From: Alkalilimnicola ehrlichii MLHE-1
GTDB lineage: Bacteria; Pseudomonadota; Gammaproteobacteria; Nitrococcales; Halorhodospiraceae
Length of the DNA stretch: 32,000 bases
Assembly (NCBI RefSeq): GCF_000014785.1
Contig: NC_008340.1
Coordinates: 2,460,001-2,492,000 of the forward strand
Direction: 5' to 3'
In this document: in pieces, positions 8,969-18,195 of the stretch
How positions within the stretch are numbered: position 1 is the first letter of the stretch
How the letters are laid out: every line of letters begins with the position of its first letter
Position numbers and translations under genes: made by a program
The notes under the pieces: generated by a model
The model's input: the letters and a program-made list of their open reading frames with translations, nothing else
What the model was told of the DNA's origin: nothing
Database searches by the model: none

Positions 8969-10195
8969 TTGGACATACCCAACCGGACGATACTGGTTGT
9001 CGATGACGACAAGGATTTCGCCGAAGAAATCGAACAGTTCTTATTAAATTTTGACAGCCAGGTTCAGAAGGCCCATTCCATTAACCAGGCCCGGGCGATA
9101 ACGACACGCCAGGCCTTCGATCTGGTGCTGGTTGATCTCTCGCTTCCCGACGGGGACGGGCTCGATCTGCTCGCCCATCTGGCGCGGGTCGCCGCGCCCG
9201 ACACGGCGGTGGCCTTGATCTCCGGCAGCGACGACGGGCTGCGCCAGGCGGCCACGGACCTGGCGAACGACATGGGTTTGACGGTACTGGGGCATCTATC
9301 GAAGCCGGTGGACCTTCCAGCCTTGCAGGCCCTTTTGGACACCCTGAAGACCGATCGGGGCCACCGCCGCCACCCAACGGTGTCATCCCCCATTCCCGCA
9401 GACGAGCTCGAGAACGCGATCCGGTCCGGGAAGCTGAGGCCCTATTACCAGCCTCAGTTCGACCTAAAGAGCGGGCACCGGGTGGGGTTCGAGGCCTTAT
9501 TGCGCTACCAAAGGAGCCCCGATGACGCGCCGGTTATGCCCGGGCAATTGCGGGAGCACATGGAGGGCCATCGGTTTGCGCAGGCCATCTTCTGGTCAAT
9601 GCTCACCTCCGTCGCCCGCGAGATCAAGCATTTCCGCCTGACAGACACCCCCCAAAAGGTCAGCGTCAATGCGCCGGCGGTCGTTTTCTCCCAGCCCGAT
9701 TTCCCCCAGCGGGTCAAGGCGCATATTGCCGCATTCGGGATAGCACCCCGGCAGATCACCCTGGAGATCACGGAGAACGACCCGGATCTGTCCCTGGACT
9801 GCCGGACCAGCATCATCCGGACCCGCCTCCAGGGTTTCGGCCTCTCCCTGGACGATTTCGGCACCGGTTACGCCAGTTTCGAGCGCGCCGAGGCCCTGCC
9901 CATTACCGAGATCAAGATGGATCGGACCCTGCTCAAGGCGACGGAGACCGATCGCGGCCAGAATGACATCCTCAGGAGCATCGCCCGGTTCTTCAATGGC
10001 CGAGGGATCACCACCGTGATGGAGGGCATCGAAAACCGAGCCCTGCTCGCCACCGCCCGCTCATTGGGATTCACCGTCGGCCAGGGCTACGGACTGGGCC
10101 TGCCGGAACCGGCGGAAACGGCCTTCAAAAAACACTACACTACTCAGGGTCTAGCATCGGATCCTGACGCTGCCGGCGGGCAGCCGGAGCGGTAA
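8969..10195 (+). CDS. Response regulator receiver + EAL domain protein (c-di-GMP phosphodiesterase)
   Basis: Receiver motifs: VVDDD, LVLVDLSLPDGDG, LSKP. EAL catalytic set: EALLR, N in VNAP, EITE, DDFGTGYAS, KMD, EGIE, GQG. TTG start with GGGGAG 8 nt upstream. Confidence 0.88.
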   Translation: MDIPNRTILVVDDDKDFAEEIEQFLLNFDSQVQKAHSINQARAITTRQAFDLVLVDLSLPDGDGLDLLAHLARVAAPDTAVALISGSDDGLRQAATDLANDMGLTVLGHLSKPVDLPALQALLDTLKTDRGHRRHPTVSSPIPADELENAIRSGKLRPYYQPQFDLKSGHRVGFEALLRYQRSPDDAPVMPGQLREHMEGHRFAQAIFWSMLTSVAREIKHFRLTDTPQKVSVNAPAVVFSQPDFPQRVKAHIAAFGIAPRQITLEITENDPDLSLDCRTSIIRTRLQGFGLSLDDFGTGYASFERAEALPITEIKMDRTLLKATETDRGQNDILRSIARFFNGRGITTVMEGIENRALLATARSLGFTVGQGYGLGLPEPAETAFKKHYTTQGLASDPDAAGGQPER

Positions 10196-10212
10196 CGTGG
10201 CAGCATAACCCC

Positions 10213-11223
10213 ATGACCCCAACAACGCAGAGCCAGAGCGGGCAGGACGGGCGCCCGGTGCGGTATCGCGTGCGCGCCATCGACCTCATGGTGGGCCATA
10301 CCCTCCCCTACGCGGTCTATGACGATCACGGCCGATTGCTGATGGCCAAGGGCGCGACCCTGGCCAATCACCACCAGCGGCGCAAGCTGCTGGCCCTGGG
10401 GTTCACCGACACCAAGCCGCCCAAGCTGGACCTGACCAAGTCCAACACCCGCAGCGACCGTCGCCGGCAGCAGCAACAGGCGCTGGACATCCGGGTCGAG
10501 AGCCTGCTGTTCGGGGTCGGCCGGCTGAGGCGCGACGATGCCCTGGAGACCGAGCCGCTGGCCACCCTCGCTCACCGCATTGCCGAACTGGCCACCGAAA
10601 GCCTGGACACCGCGCTGGCCCTCGCCCATTTGCCCCTGGACTGGCCCCACCCCCTGGCACTGGGGTTCCGCTCGGCCCTGCTGACGGCAGGGATGTTGCA
10701 GGCCGGGGACGAGCCGACGGAGACCGCCAACGCGGCGGTGGCCGCCTGCCTGGCCGTGCCGCTCCATCCAGAGGCGGGGCCGGCCCGGCTGGAACCGCTC
10801 CCTCACCGCCTGACCGCCGCCATCCGGGTGACCGGTGCCTACCTGGGGCAGGTCTGCCCCCCGTCCGGGCAGCCGGTGGTCACCCCCATCGACGCCCTGC
10901 GCGATCTGCGCGGCAGCCGTGAGACCGATGAGGAGCAGGCCGCCGTGGAGCGGCTGCTCGCCCTGTTGACGCCCTTCCCCCCGGGCTCCTACGTCCGCGT
11001 GCGCGATCAGGGCATCGGCGTGGTGGTGCAACTCACCGCCTCGCCCGCCGAGCCGATCACCCTGCTGTTTGCCGACGGGGCCGGGCGCCGGCTGCGCAAG
11101 CCCCGGCTGCTGGTGGTGGACAAAATGACATCACCCATCGACAAGGCGGTCAGTCCGGAACGGGTGGCGGTGGCCCTGGACCCCCGCGACCTCTACCAAT
11201 ACACCTACCACCTGGATGACTGA
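10213..11223 (+). CDS. Hypothetical protein resembling an HD-GYP family protein whose catalytic HD and GYP motifs are missing
   Basis: The N-terminus (IDLMVGHTLPYAVYDDHGRLLMAKGATL...LLALGF) and C-terminus (FPPGSYVRVRDQGIGVVV) resemble the flanking modules of HD-GYP proteins. No HD...HHE...GYP residues are seen in between. Starts 18 nt after the EAL gene. The ORF call is solid; the function is uncertain. Confidence 0.5.
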   Translation: MTPTTQSQSGQDGRPVRYRVRAIDLMVGHTLPYAVYDDHGRLLMAKGATLANHHQRRKLLALGFTDTKPPKLDLTKSNTRSDRRRQQQQALDIRVESLLFGVGRLRRDDALETEPLATLAHRIAELATESLDTALALAHLPLDWPHPLALGFRSALLTAGMLQAGDEPTETANAAVAACLAVPLHPEAGPARLEPLPHRLTAAIRVTGAYLGQVCPPSGQPVVTPIDALRDLRGSRETDEEQAAVERLLALLTPFPPGSYVRVRDQGIGVVVQLTASPAEPITLLFADGAGRRLRKPRLLVVDKMTSPIDKAVSPERVAVALDPRDLYQYTYHLDD

Positions 11224-11255
11224 GCGGCCGGCCGCGCCACCCCATCTCCCTTGGA

Positions 11256-11960
11256 TCAATCCCGGCAGAACGGCCCGAACTGGTAGAACCGGCGGCAGCG
11301 GAACTCCGACTCACAGCCCGCCAACTGGGTGCGATAGCGTTGAGCACGCTGGGCCACCTGCCGCGCCACCCGCTGCACCTGCGGCTTGCCTTGGTAGGTC
11401 CCGCGCCGGTAGCCGGTGGGCCCCTCGTGGTAGGCGAGGTAGAGGTGCTCCGGATTGTGCAGCGAGATCCCCAGCCGCTCATGGCTGCGGCGGTTATACC
11501 AGCCGATGAAGTCGGTGGCGTGCTTCATGTGGCTGCGCCGCGCCATCAGGCTGCCGGCGTCCTCGCGGTATTCGCCCCAGACCGGATCCTGGGCCTGGGC
11601 ATAGCCGTAGGCCGACGACGGCCGGCGCCAGGGGATAAACCCGAGCAGCCGCTGCCGGGGCGGGCGCACATGGCTGCGGAAGGAGGACTCCTGGTGGATG
11701 AAGGCCATCTGTGTGGCGATGGGGGTGCCCCACTGTTCCTGCGAGGCGCGGGCGTAGTCATACCAGCGGGGCTGCTCGCGGAAAATCTCGCAGAGATCGC
11801 TCTGATCCGCCGGCGGTGACGGAGCCAGGGTGGTGCAGCCACTGGTCGCGATGGCCAGCAGCGCCAGCAGTGCCGCACGGCGGGCCCATCCCTCTGCGGC
11901 CCGGACCGACCGGCCTTTCCCTGTCCCGCCCCTACTATGCGTTATCCTGACCCGCTCCAT
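11256..11960 (-). CDS. Putative lipoprotein with lytic transglycosylase (SLT)-like domain
   Basis: Lipobox-like LLAIATSGC. FIHQESSF (candidate catalytic Glu-Ser) followed by AYGYAQ, as in SLT-fold enzymes. Confidence 0.55.
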   Translation of the reverse strand: MERVRITHSRGGTGKGRSVRAAEGWARRAALLALLAIATSGCTTLAPSPPADQSDLCEIFREQPRWYDYARASQEQWGTPIATQMAFIHQESSFRSHVRPPRQRLLGFIPWRRPSSAYGYAQAQDPVWGEYREDAGSLMARRSHMKHATDFIGWYNRRSHERLGISLHNPEHLYLAYHEGPTGYRRGTYQGKPQVQRVARQVAQRAQRYRTQLAGCESEFRCRRFYQFGPFCRD

Positions 11961-11986
11961 ACCGCAGATGATGCAACGTTGGTGAT

Positions 11987-12601
11987 GTGAGGTCCATGCC
12001 CGAGAACACCTACCCCACCCCCGCCCGGACCCTGGAGCACGAGCTGGAGGTCAAGAAGAGCCGCTTCATCGCCCGCGCCGGGCGGGTGGAGAGCCGCGAG
12101 CAGGCCCTGGCCTTCGTGGACCGGGCGATGACTGACTTCCCTGACGCCCGCCACCACTGCTGGGCCTATCTGATCGGCGACCCGGCGTCCGCCACCACGG
12201 CCGCCATGAGCGATGCGGGCGAGCCGTCGGGCACCGCTGGCAAGCCTATCCTGAATGTCATTCAGCACAAGCGGATCGGTGATGTGATCGTGGTGGTGAT
12301 CCGCTATTTCGGCGGCATCAAGCTGGGGGCCGGCGGCTTGGTGCGGGCCTACGCCGGGGCCACCCAAAAGGTGCTCGCCGAGCTGCCGCTGGCCGCCCAC
12401 GAACCGCACACCCGCTGCCGGTTGGCCTTGGATTTCGCCCAGGAACAGCCCCTGCGTCACTGGGCCGCACAGCACCAGGCGACCGTAGAGGCGGTAGCCT
12501 ATGGCGAGGGCGTCACCCTCACCCTCCGCCTGCCCGAGGGGGCGGTAGCGGCGCTGCGCCAGTTCGCCCAGGCCCGCGGTATCCGCCTGGAGACCGACTG
12601 A
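11987..12601 (+). CDS. yigZ: YigZ / IMPACT family protein (UPF0029)
   Basis: KKSRFIA, ARHHCWAY, DAGEPSGTAGKPIL and RYFGGIKLGAGGLVRAY are collinear with E. coli YigZ. The track start is GTG at 11987; an ATG at 11996 is equally possible. Confidence 0.85.
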   Translation: MRSMPENTYPTPARTLEHELEVKKSRFIARAGRVESREQALAFVDRAMTDFPDARHHCWAYLIGDPASATTAAMSDAGEPSGTAGKPILNVIQHKRIGDVIVVVIRYFGGIKLGAGGLVRAYAGATQKVLAELPLAAHEPHTRCRLALDFAQEQPLRHWAAQHQATVEAVAYGEGVTLTLRLPEGAVAALRQFAQARGIRLETD

Positions 12602-12726
12602 CCGGCTCAAGCCGCTACCGAGTGCAGGGCCGGCCCGGCGGGCTATCCTTCCAGGAAACGGCCGGGGCCGTCATTGCGCGCCACCGGCCCGGTCCGCCCA
12701 CCACGTCCAGGGAGGGAGTCCCCCCC

Positions 12727-13713
12727 ATGAGTCACGACTTTGTGGTCTGCGTCATCAACACCCGTGTCCGCAGCGGCAAGCGGGTCTTCGGCCGCGCGCC
12801 GGGGCCCACCCGGTTCCTGCTCGTCCCCGATGGCGAGGTGCAGCAACCCGCGCACACCGTGCCCCGCGCCGAGTGGGTGGAGGCGGTCATGGCCGCCGGC
12901 ACCACCGGCAGGGACCCCATGTCCGACAACCCCACCGGCAACGTCCTGGTCTTCATCCACGGCTACAACAACAGCCAGGAGATCGTCATCAAGCGCCACC
13001 GCAAGCTCAAGGCGACGCTGCACGCGGCCGGCTACCGGGGCACCGTGGTCAGCTTCGACTGGCCCAGCGCCGAGGCCACGCTGCTCTACATGCGCGACCG
13101 CCGCTACGCCAAGCACACCGCGGAGCGGCTCACCGACGACTGCATCAGCCTGTTCTCGACACGCCAGGCGCGCGGCTGTGACCTGAATGTCCACCTGCTG
13201 GGCCACTCCACCGGCGCCTACGTCATCCGCCACGCCTTCGCCGACGCCGACGAGGTCGCCGAGATCAAGAACCGCCCCTGGAAGGTCAGCCAGATCGCTC
13301 TCATCGGTGCCGATGTCTCCAGCAGTTCCCTGGCCGCCGATGACTCGCGCTTCGTCTCCGTCTACCGCCACTGCTCCCGGCTCACCAACTACCAGAGCGG
13401 CCACGATGGCGTGCTGCGCGTCTCCAACGCCAAGCGCATCGGCCTGCGCGCCCGCGCCGGCCGGGTCGGCCTGCCCGACAACGCCCACCGCAAGGCGGTG
13501 AACGTGGACTGCAGCCCCTACTTCGCCGGCATCGACCCGGACAGCCGCACCCCCGGCGAGGACTACTTCGGCAACTTCGCCCACTCCTGGCACATCGGCG
13601 ACCCGCTGTTCGCCCGCGACCTCTGCCACACCCTGCACGGCGAACTGGACCGCCACTCCATCCCCACCCGGCGCGAGGAGGACGACCGGCTGTACCTGCA
13701 CGACCCCGGCTGA
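12727..13713 (+). CDS. Alpha/beta hydrolase (DUF900-like)
   Basis: VLVFIHGYNNS followed by nucleophile elbow LLGHSTGAY. The ATG at 12727 is preceded by GGGAGGGAG. The track ORF start at 12622 is an upstream GTG extension. Confidence 0.7.
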   Translation: MSHDFVVCVINTRVRSGKRVFGRAPGPTRFLLVPDGEVQQPAHTVPRAEWVEAVMAAGTTGRDPMSDNPTGNVLVFIHGYNNSQEIVIKRHRKLKATLHAAGYRGTVVSFDWPSAEATLLYMRDRRYAKHTAERLTDDCISLFSTRQARGCDLNVHLLGHSTGAYVIRHAFADADEVAEIKNRPWKVSQIALIGADVSSSSLAADDSRFVSVYRHCSRLTNYQSGHDGVLRVSNAKRIGLRARAGRVGLPDNAHRKAVNVDCSPYFAGIDPDSRTPGEDYFGNFAHSWHIGDPLFARDLCHTLHGELDRHSIPTRREEDDRLYLHDPG

Positions 13714-13744
13714 CCCCCGGGCCGCACGGCGCCGCGCCGATGGC

Positions 13745-14776
13745 CTAGCGGTGCAGCCAGCAGGCCGAGTAATGCCCCCGCCGGGGCTCGAAGTCGTGGG
13801 GCTCCTCCACGTCGCAGAGCCCGGCCATGGCGTGCGGGCAGCGGGGGTGAAAACGGCACCCCGGCGGCGGACTGGCCAGGCTGGGGGCCTCGCCGGCCGG
13901 CACCGGGCGCTCCTCGGCGGCGTTGTCCGGGTCCGGGTCGGCGATGGCGTTGAGCAGGGCCTGGGTGTAGGGGTGCTGCGGGTGATCCAGCAGCTCGTCC
14001 ACCGCCGCCTGCTCCACCACCCGGCCGCCATACATCACGAAGATGCGCTCGGCGAAATGGCGCACGGTGGACAGGTCGTGGGTGATGAAGGCCAGGGTGA
14101 GGCCGCGCTCGGTCTGCACCTGGCGCAGCAGGCGCAGGATCTCCACCCGCACCGAGGCGTCCAGCATGGAGACCGGCTCGTCGGCGATCACCAGCGCCGG
14201 GGCCAGCACCAGCGCCCGGGCGATCACCACGCGCTGCTGCTGCCCGCCGCTGAGCTGGTGGGGGAACTTGCCCAGATAGGCCTCCGGCGGCGACAGGCGC
14301 ACCTCCTCCAACGCCGCCCTTACCCGGCGACGGCGCTCGACCCGGTCGCGCACCCCGTGCACGATCAACGGCTCCTCCAGGATGCGGCCCACGTCCATGA
14401 AGGGGGGCAGCGCGCCATACGGGTCCTGCTGCACGTAGCCCACCCGAGCCCGGTAGGACGTCAACCCGGCTTTATCCAGCGCCTCCAGATGCCGCCCCTC
14501 GAACACCACCTCCCCCCGGGTGGGGCGGTGCAACCCCAGCAGGGTGCGGGCCAGGGAGCTCTTGCCGCAGCCGCTCTCGCCCACGAAGGCCACCGCCTCG
14601 CCCCGGCGCAGGGCGAAGCTCACCCCGTCCACCGCGCGCACATGGCCCACCCGCAGGAAGCCCCACTGGCGCAGTTCGAACCAGGTGTGCAGGTCGCGGG
14701 CCTCCAGCAGGGTCTCCCCCGCACCCGCTCGCCGCCGGTCGGGCGGCGATGGCACGGCATTCGCGGTCCGGCTCAT
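13745..14776 (-). CDS. Peptide/nickel-type ABC transporter ATP-binding protein (OppF/DppF-like)
   Basis: Walker A GESGCGKSS, signature LSGGQQQR, Walker B VIADEPVS, and the C-terminal oligopeptide-ABC Cys/His tail (PPGCRFHPRCPHA). The real start ATG at 14776 forms an ATGA overlap with the upstream ATPase stop. The 619-aa track ORF is an out-of-gene extension. Confidence 0.9.
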   Translation of the reverse strand: MSRTANAVPSPPDRRRAGAGETLLEARDLHTWFELRQWGFLRVGHVRAVDGVSFALRRGEAVAFVGESGCGKSSLARTLLGLHRPTRGEVVFEGRHLEALDKAGLTSYRARVGYVQQDPYGALPPFMDVGRILEEPLIVHGVRDRVERRRRVRAALEEVRLSPPEAYLGKFPHQLSGGQQQRVVIARALVLAPALVIADEPVSMLDASVRVEILRLLRQVQTERGLTLAFITHDLSTVRHFAERIFVMYGGRVVEQAAVDELLDHPQHPYTQALLNAIADPDPDNAAEERPVPAGEAPSLASPPPGCRFHPRCPHAMAGLCDVEEPHDFEPRRGHYSACWLHR

Positions 14777-15738
14777 CGGCGGCCTCCATAAAGCCAGCAA
14801 CGCACGTGGTGACGTTCGCCCAACCGCTGCGGTGGCGGATCCTCGGCACAGCGTCCGAAGCGGTGGGGGCAGCGGTCCGCGTAGCGGCACCCCGCAGGGG
14901 GTGCGAGCAGGTCCGGCGGCTGGCCGGGGATATGCACCGGCGCCTCGGTCTGGTGGAGCCGCGGCACACTGGCCATCAGCATCTGCGAGTAGGGGTGGGC
15001 CGGTTCGGTGAAGAAGCGGCGGGCATCGGCGTATTCGACCACCTGGCCGGCGTACATCAGGGCCACCCGGTCGGCCAGTTCGCTGGAGGTGGCCACGTCG
15101 TGGGTGATCAGGATGAAGCTGGTGTCCTGCTCGCGCTTGATGCGCTTGAGCACATTCATGATGCTGGCCTGGGTGAGCACGTCCAGGGCCGAGGTGGGTT
15201 CGTCCAGAATGACCAGATCCGGCTCGGTGATCAGCGCCATGGCCAGCACCGCCCGCTGGCGCATGCCGCCGGAAAGCTCGAAAGGATAGCGGGTGAGAAA
15301 ATCGGTGGCCACCCCCACCCGCTGGAAGACCTCGGCCGCCTTGCCCATGGCCTTCTTCCGCGACCAGCCCCGGTGCACCACGAGCGGCTCGGCCACCTGT
15401 TCCCCCACCCGCACCACCGGGTTGAGGGCGTTCATGGCCGCCTGCATCACCATGGCGATGCGCAGCCACTGCACCTCGCGCCGGAAGCGCTCCACCGGCA
15501 GCGCCATCACGTCCGTATCGCCCAGCCACACCCGGCCGGTATGGCTGTGCACGTTGCGCGGCAGGATGCGTAGCAGGGCCTTGGCCAACGAGCTCTTGCC
15601 GCAACCGCTCTCCCCCAGCACCACCACCGCCTCGCCCCGGCGCAGGTCGAAACTGACCCCGTCCACCGCCTGCACCACCCCGCGCTCGGTGCGGTAGGCC
15701 AGGCGAAGGTCTTCCACGCGCAGCAGGGTCTCGGTCAT
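14773..15738 (-). CDS. Peptide/nickel-type ABC transporter ATP-binding protein (OppD/DppD-like)
   Basis: GESGCGKSS, LSGGMRQR, LVILDEPTSALD, and C-terminal PAGCRYADRCPH. Confidence 0.9.
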   Translation of the reverse strand: MTETLLRVEDLRLAYRTERGVVQAVDGVSFDLRRGEAVVVLGESGCGKSSLAKALLRILPRNVHSHTGRVWLGDTDVMALPVERFRREVQWLRIAMVMQAAMNALNPVVRVGEQVAEPLVVHRGWSRKKAMGKAAEVFQRVGVATDFLTRYPFELSGGMRQRAVLAMALITEPDLVILDEPTSALDVLTQASIMNVLKRIKREQDTSFILITHDVATSSELADRVALMYAGQVVEYADARRFFTEPAHPYSQMLMASVPRLHQTEAPVHIPGQPPDLLAPPAGCRYADRCPHRFGRCAEDPPPQRLGERHHVRCWLYGGRR

Positions 15739-15742
15739 AGTG

Positions 15743-17080
15743 CTAGAGGTTCCTCAGTCGCGGGTTGAAGACCCGGTCCAGGGCAAAGCCGAGCATGGCG
15801 AAACCCAGCCCGGTGAGCATGAGCAGGAAGGCGGGGGAGAGCACCCAGTAGTAGAAGCCGTTGTACAACGCACTCTGCTCCTGGGCGTCGTTGAGCACCT
15901 TGCCCCAAGTGGGCAGCACCGGGTCGCCCAGCCCCAGCACCGCCAGCGAGGCCTCCAGGAAGACGAAGGTGGGGATCAGGGTGACGAAGGTGGGGATGAG
16001 CACCGGCAGCACCCGGGGCACCATGTAGCGCAGGATGATGCGGGCGTTGCTGGCCCCGTAGGCCTTGGCCGCCTCGATGTAGGGGGCCTCGCGGATGGGC
16101 AGCAGCATGGCCCGGTACATCTTGATGCCGGCACTGAAGATGCCCAGCGCCACCACCACCCCCAGCATCAGCCAGATACTGGTGGAGTAGAGGGTGCCTA
16201 CCATCACCAGGATGGGCAGCATGGGCAGGATCATGTTCACCTCGGTGAGGCGCTGGATCACCGCGTCCACCCAGCCCCGGTACCAGACCCCCATGGCGGC
16301 GATCACCAGGGTGGTGACCGTGGTGCCCACCGCCGCCAGCAGCCCGAAGGCCAGGGCCACCGGGGTGCCCCACATCAGCGCCACCATCAGGTCGCGGCGC
16401 TGGTGGTCGGTGCCGGCCACCCCGTGCACCCGGCCGTAGACCACCAGGTCGGCGTCGAGCCCCGCGTTCTCGTCGAACAGCACCACGTCCAGCAGCAGGG
16501 TATGGGTGCCCTGCAGCACCGCCGGACCGGGGCGATCGGCGGTCTCCGGGTCGAGCATCAGCCCTACGTGGGGGATATGCCCCAGGCGCCGCTCCAGCGC
16601 CCAGTCCTGGGAGATGGAGACCCGCTCCTCCCGCGCCATTCGCCGCCCTCCCAGCACCTCCTCGCGGCCGTCCGGCGCCTGCCAGATCAGGCGCACGAAG
16701 GGCGCCCGGGCCTGCTCCTCCGCGGTCAGGAAGAGGTTGATCTCGCTGGGAAAGGCACTGCTCTGGTAATCGAAGCTGAGGGGAATCTGCAGCCGACGAC
16801 CACCGGGGAAGGGCTCCGCCTCCGGCGTGACATCGGCGCTGGAGATGATCTGCGTCTCCGGCAGATCGCCGCCGCGCAACCTGTCCGTCCAGACCGGCGA
16901 GGCATTGACCGGGTGCATCCGCCACTGCTCGCCGCCCCGCCACAGGTCCAAGGCCTGGCTGTAGGGGATGGCCACCACGGTGTAGACCGCCAACCCGATC
17001 AAAAAAAGGATCAGCGCCGTGCCCAACACCGCCGAGGGGTAGCGGCGCAGCTGCTTCAGCCCCTCCAGCCAGCGCCTCAT
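15743..17080 (-). CDS. ABC transporter permease (OppC/DppC-like) with a long N-terminal periplasmic loop
   Basis: Binding-protein-dependent transport signature (EAAKAYGASNARIILRYMVP). 445 aa, with about 200 aa between TM1 and TM2. ATGA-type overlap with the upstream permease. Confidence 0.88.
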   Translation of the reverse strand: MRRWLEGLKQLRRYPSAVLGTALILFLIGLAVYTVVAIPYSQALDLWRGGEQWRMHPVNASPVWTDRLRGGDLPETQIISSADVTPEAEPFPGGRRLQIPLSFDYQSSAFPSEINLFLTAEEQARAPFVRLIWQAPDGREEVLGGRRMAREERVSISQDWALERRLGHIPHVGLMLDPETADRPGPAVLQGTHTLLLDVVLFDENAGLDADLVVYGRVHGVAGTDHQRRDLMVALMWGTPVALAFGLLAAVGTTVTTLVIAAMGVWYRGWVDAVIQRLTEVNMILPMLPILVMVGTLYSTSIWLMLGVVVALGIFSAGIKMYRAMLLPIREAPYIEAAKAYGASNARIILRYMVPRVLPVLIPTFVTLIPTFVFLEASLAVLGLGDPVLPTWGKVLNDAQEQSALYNGFYYWVLSPAFLLMLTGLGFAMLGFALDRVFNPRLRNL

Positions 17081-18195
17081 CGCCCCCCCTCGATCCGCAC
17101 CCGCGGATCCAGGATGCCGTAGAGGATATCGAGCAGGAAGACGGTGGCCGCCAGCAGGTAGGCGAAGATCACCACGGTGCCGATGATCACCGGCGTGTCC
17201 CGGTGGCCGATGGCCTGGAAGACCAGGGTGCCCAGGCCCGGCCAGTTAAAGACCTGCTCCAGGATGATCGCCCCGCTCCACAGCCCGATGAGCATCAGCA
17301 GAAAGCTGGTGACGATGGGCGAGAGGGTGGGCCGCAGGATGTAACGGCGCTGGATCAGGTATTCCGGCAAGCCCTTGGCCCGGGCCATCTCCACGTAGTC
17401 CTCGCTGGAGTGGATTAGGAAGAAGGTGCGCCAGGAGTAAATGGAGATGAAGATCTGCGACAGGAACATGGCCACCAGCGGCAGCGCCATGTGCCGCACC
17501 ACGCTGGCCAGGTAGTCCAGCCGGCCCTCCGGCGGCGGCGCGGTCACCATGCCGCCGGAGGGCAGCGCCGGCAGCACGAAGGCGAACACCAGGATAAGGA
17601 ACATGCCGTAGAACCAGGCGGGCGCCGCCGAACTGGGCGCCAGCCCCACCACGCTGCGGTCCAGCACGCTGCCGTAGCGCCGGGAGAGGTGCAACGCCAC
17701 CCAGACCGAGGTCAGGAAGATCAGCAGGTTGGCGGTACCAAACAGCAGCAATGTGGCCGGCAAGCGCTCGACGATGATATCGAAGACCTGGCGCGAGCCG
17801 GCATCGCTGTGCATCTGCTCCGCCCGGCCCAGGTCCAGGCGCATGGCGCGGTAGAGGTAGTCGAAGCTGCGCAGGATGAAGGGCTGATCCAGGTTCAGTC
17901 GCTCCACCTCCAGGGCCACCTGGCGCTGGATCAGCTCGTTGCGCTCGGCGCTGCTCATGTCCTGGAAGGCGGGGTCCGCGCGCACCGCCTCGGAGATCTC
18001 ACCGCGGATCTGCACCAGGCGCAGCTCATCCACCTGCCCGCCCATGTTGGCGATAATGATGGTGAGGTAAACCCCCGCCAGCACGGTGAGCAACAGCGCC
18101 AGCAGCCGCTTGCCGGAGAAGATCAGCATGCGCCAGACATCCCGCCAGCGACCGCGGGCCCGCCCCGACGGTTTCAGGGTGGGCCGAAGGCTCAT
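17077..18195 (-). CDS. ABC transporter permease (OppB/DppB-like)
   Basis: EDYVEMARAKGLPEYLIQRRYILRP signature and multiple TM helices. ATGA overlap with the binding-protein gene. Confidence 0.88.
   Translation of the reverse strand: MSLRPTLKPSGRARGRWRDVWRMLIFSGKRLLALLLTVLAGVYLTIIIANMGGQVDELRLVQIRGEISEAVRADPAFQDMSSAERNELIQRQVALEVERLNLDQPFILRSFDYLYRAMRLDLGRAEQMHSDAGSRQVFDIIVERLPATLLLFGTANLLIFLTSVWVALHLSRRYGSVLDRSVVGLAPSSAAPAWFYGMFLILVFAFVLPALPSGGMVTAPPPEGRLDYLASVVRHMALPLVAMFLSQIFISIYSWRTFFLIHSSEDYVEMARAKGLPEYLIQRRYILRPTLSPIVTSFLLMLIGLWSGAIILEQVFNWPGLGTLVFQAIGHRDTPVIIGTVVIFAYLLAATVFLLDILYGILDPRVRIEGGR

Noticed and set aside
12643-14031. 462-aa minus-strand ORF overlapping the DUF900 hydrolase gene, and similar antisense ORFs at 10144-11031, 11942-12610, 15740-17122, 19671-20957, 24129-25274, 26595-27539, 27822-28721, 29724-30542 and 30927-31700
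   Set aside because: Same reasoning. They have no motifs and a shadow-frame composition, and each overlaps a confidently assigned gene on the other strand.
13745-15604. 619-aa ORF as a single gene, with likewise N-terminal extensions of the track ORFs at 21647-23407, 24066-30701, 12622-13713, 21695-22132 and 1026-2411
   Set aside because: The upstream portions overlap neighbouring genes or lack homology. Internal ATGs with RBS or stop-start overlaps give lengths that match the protein families.
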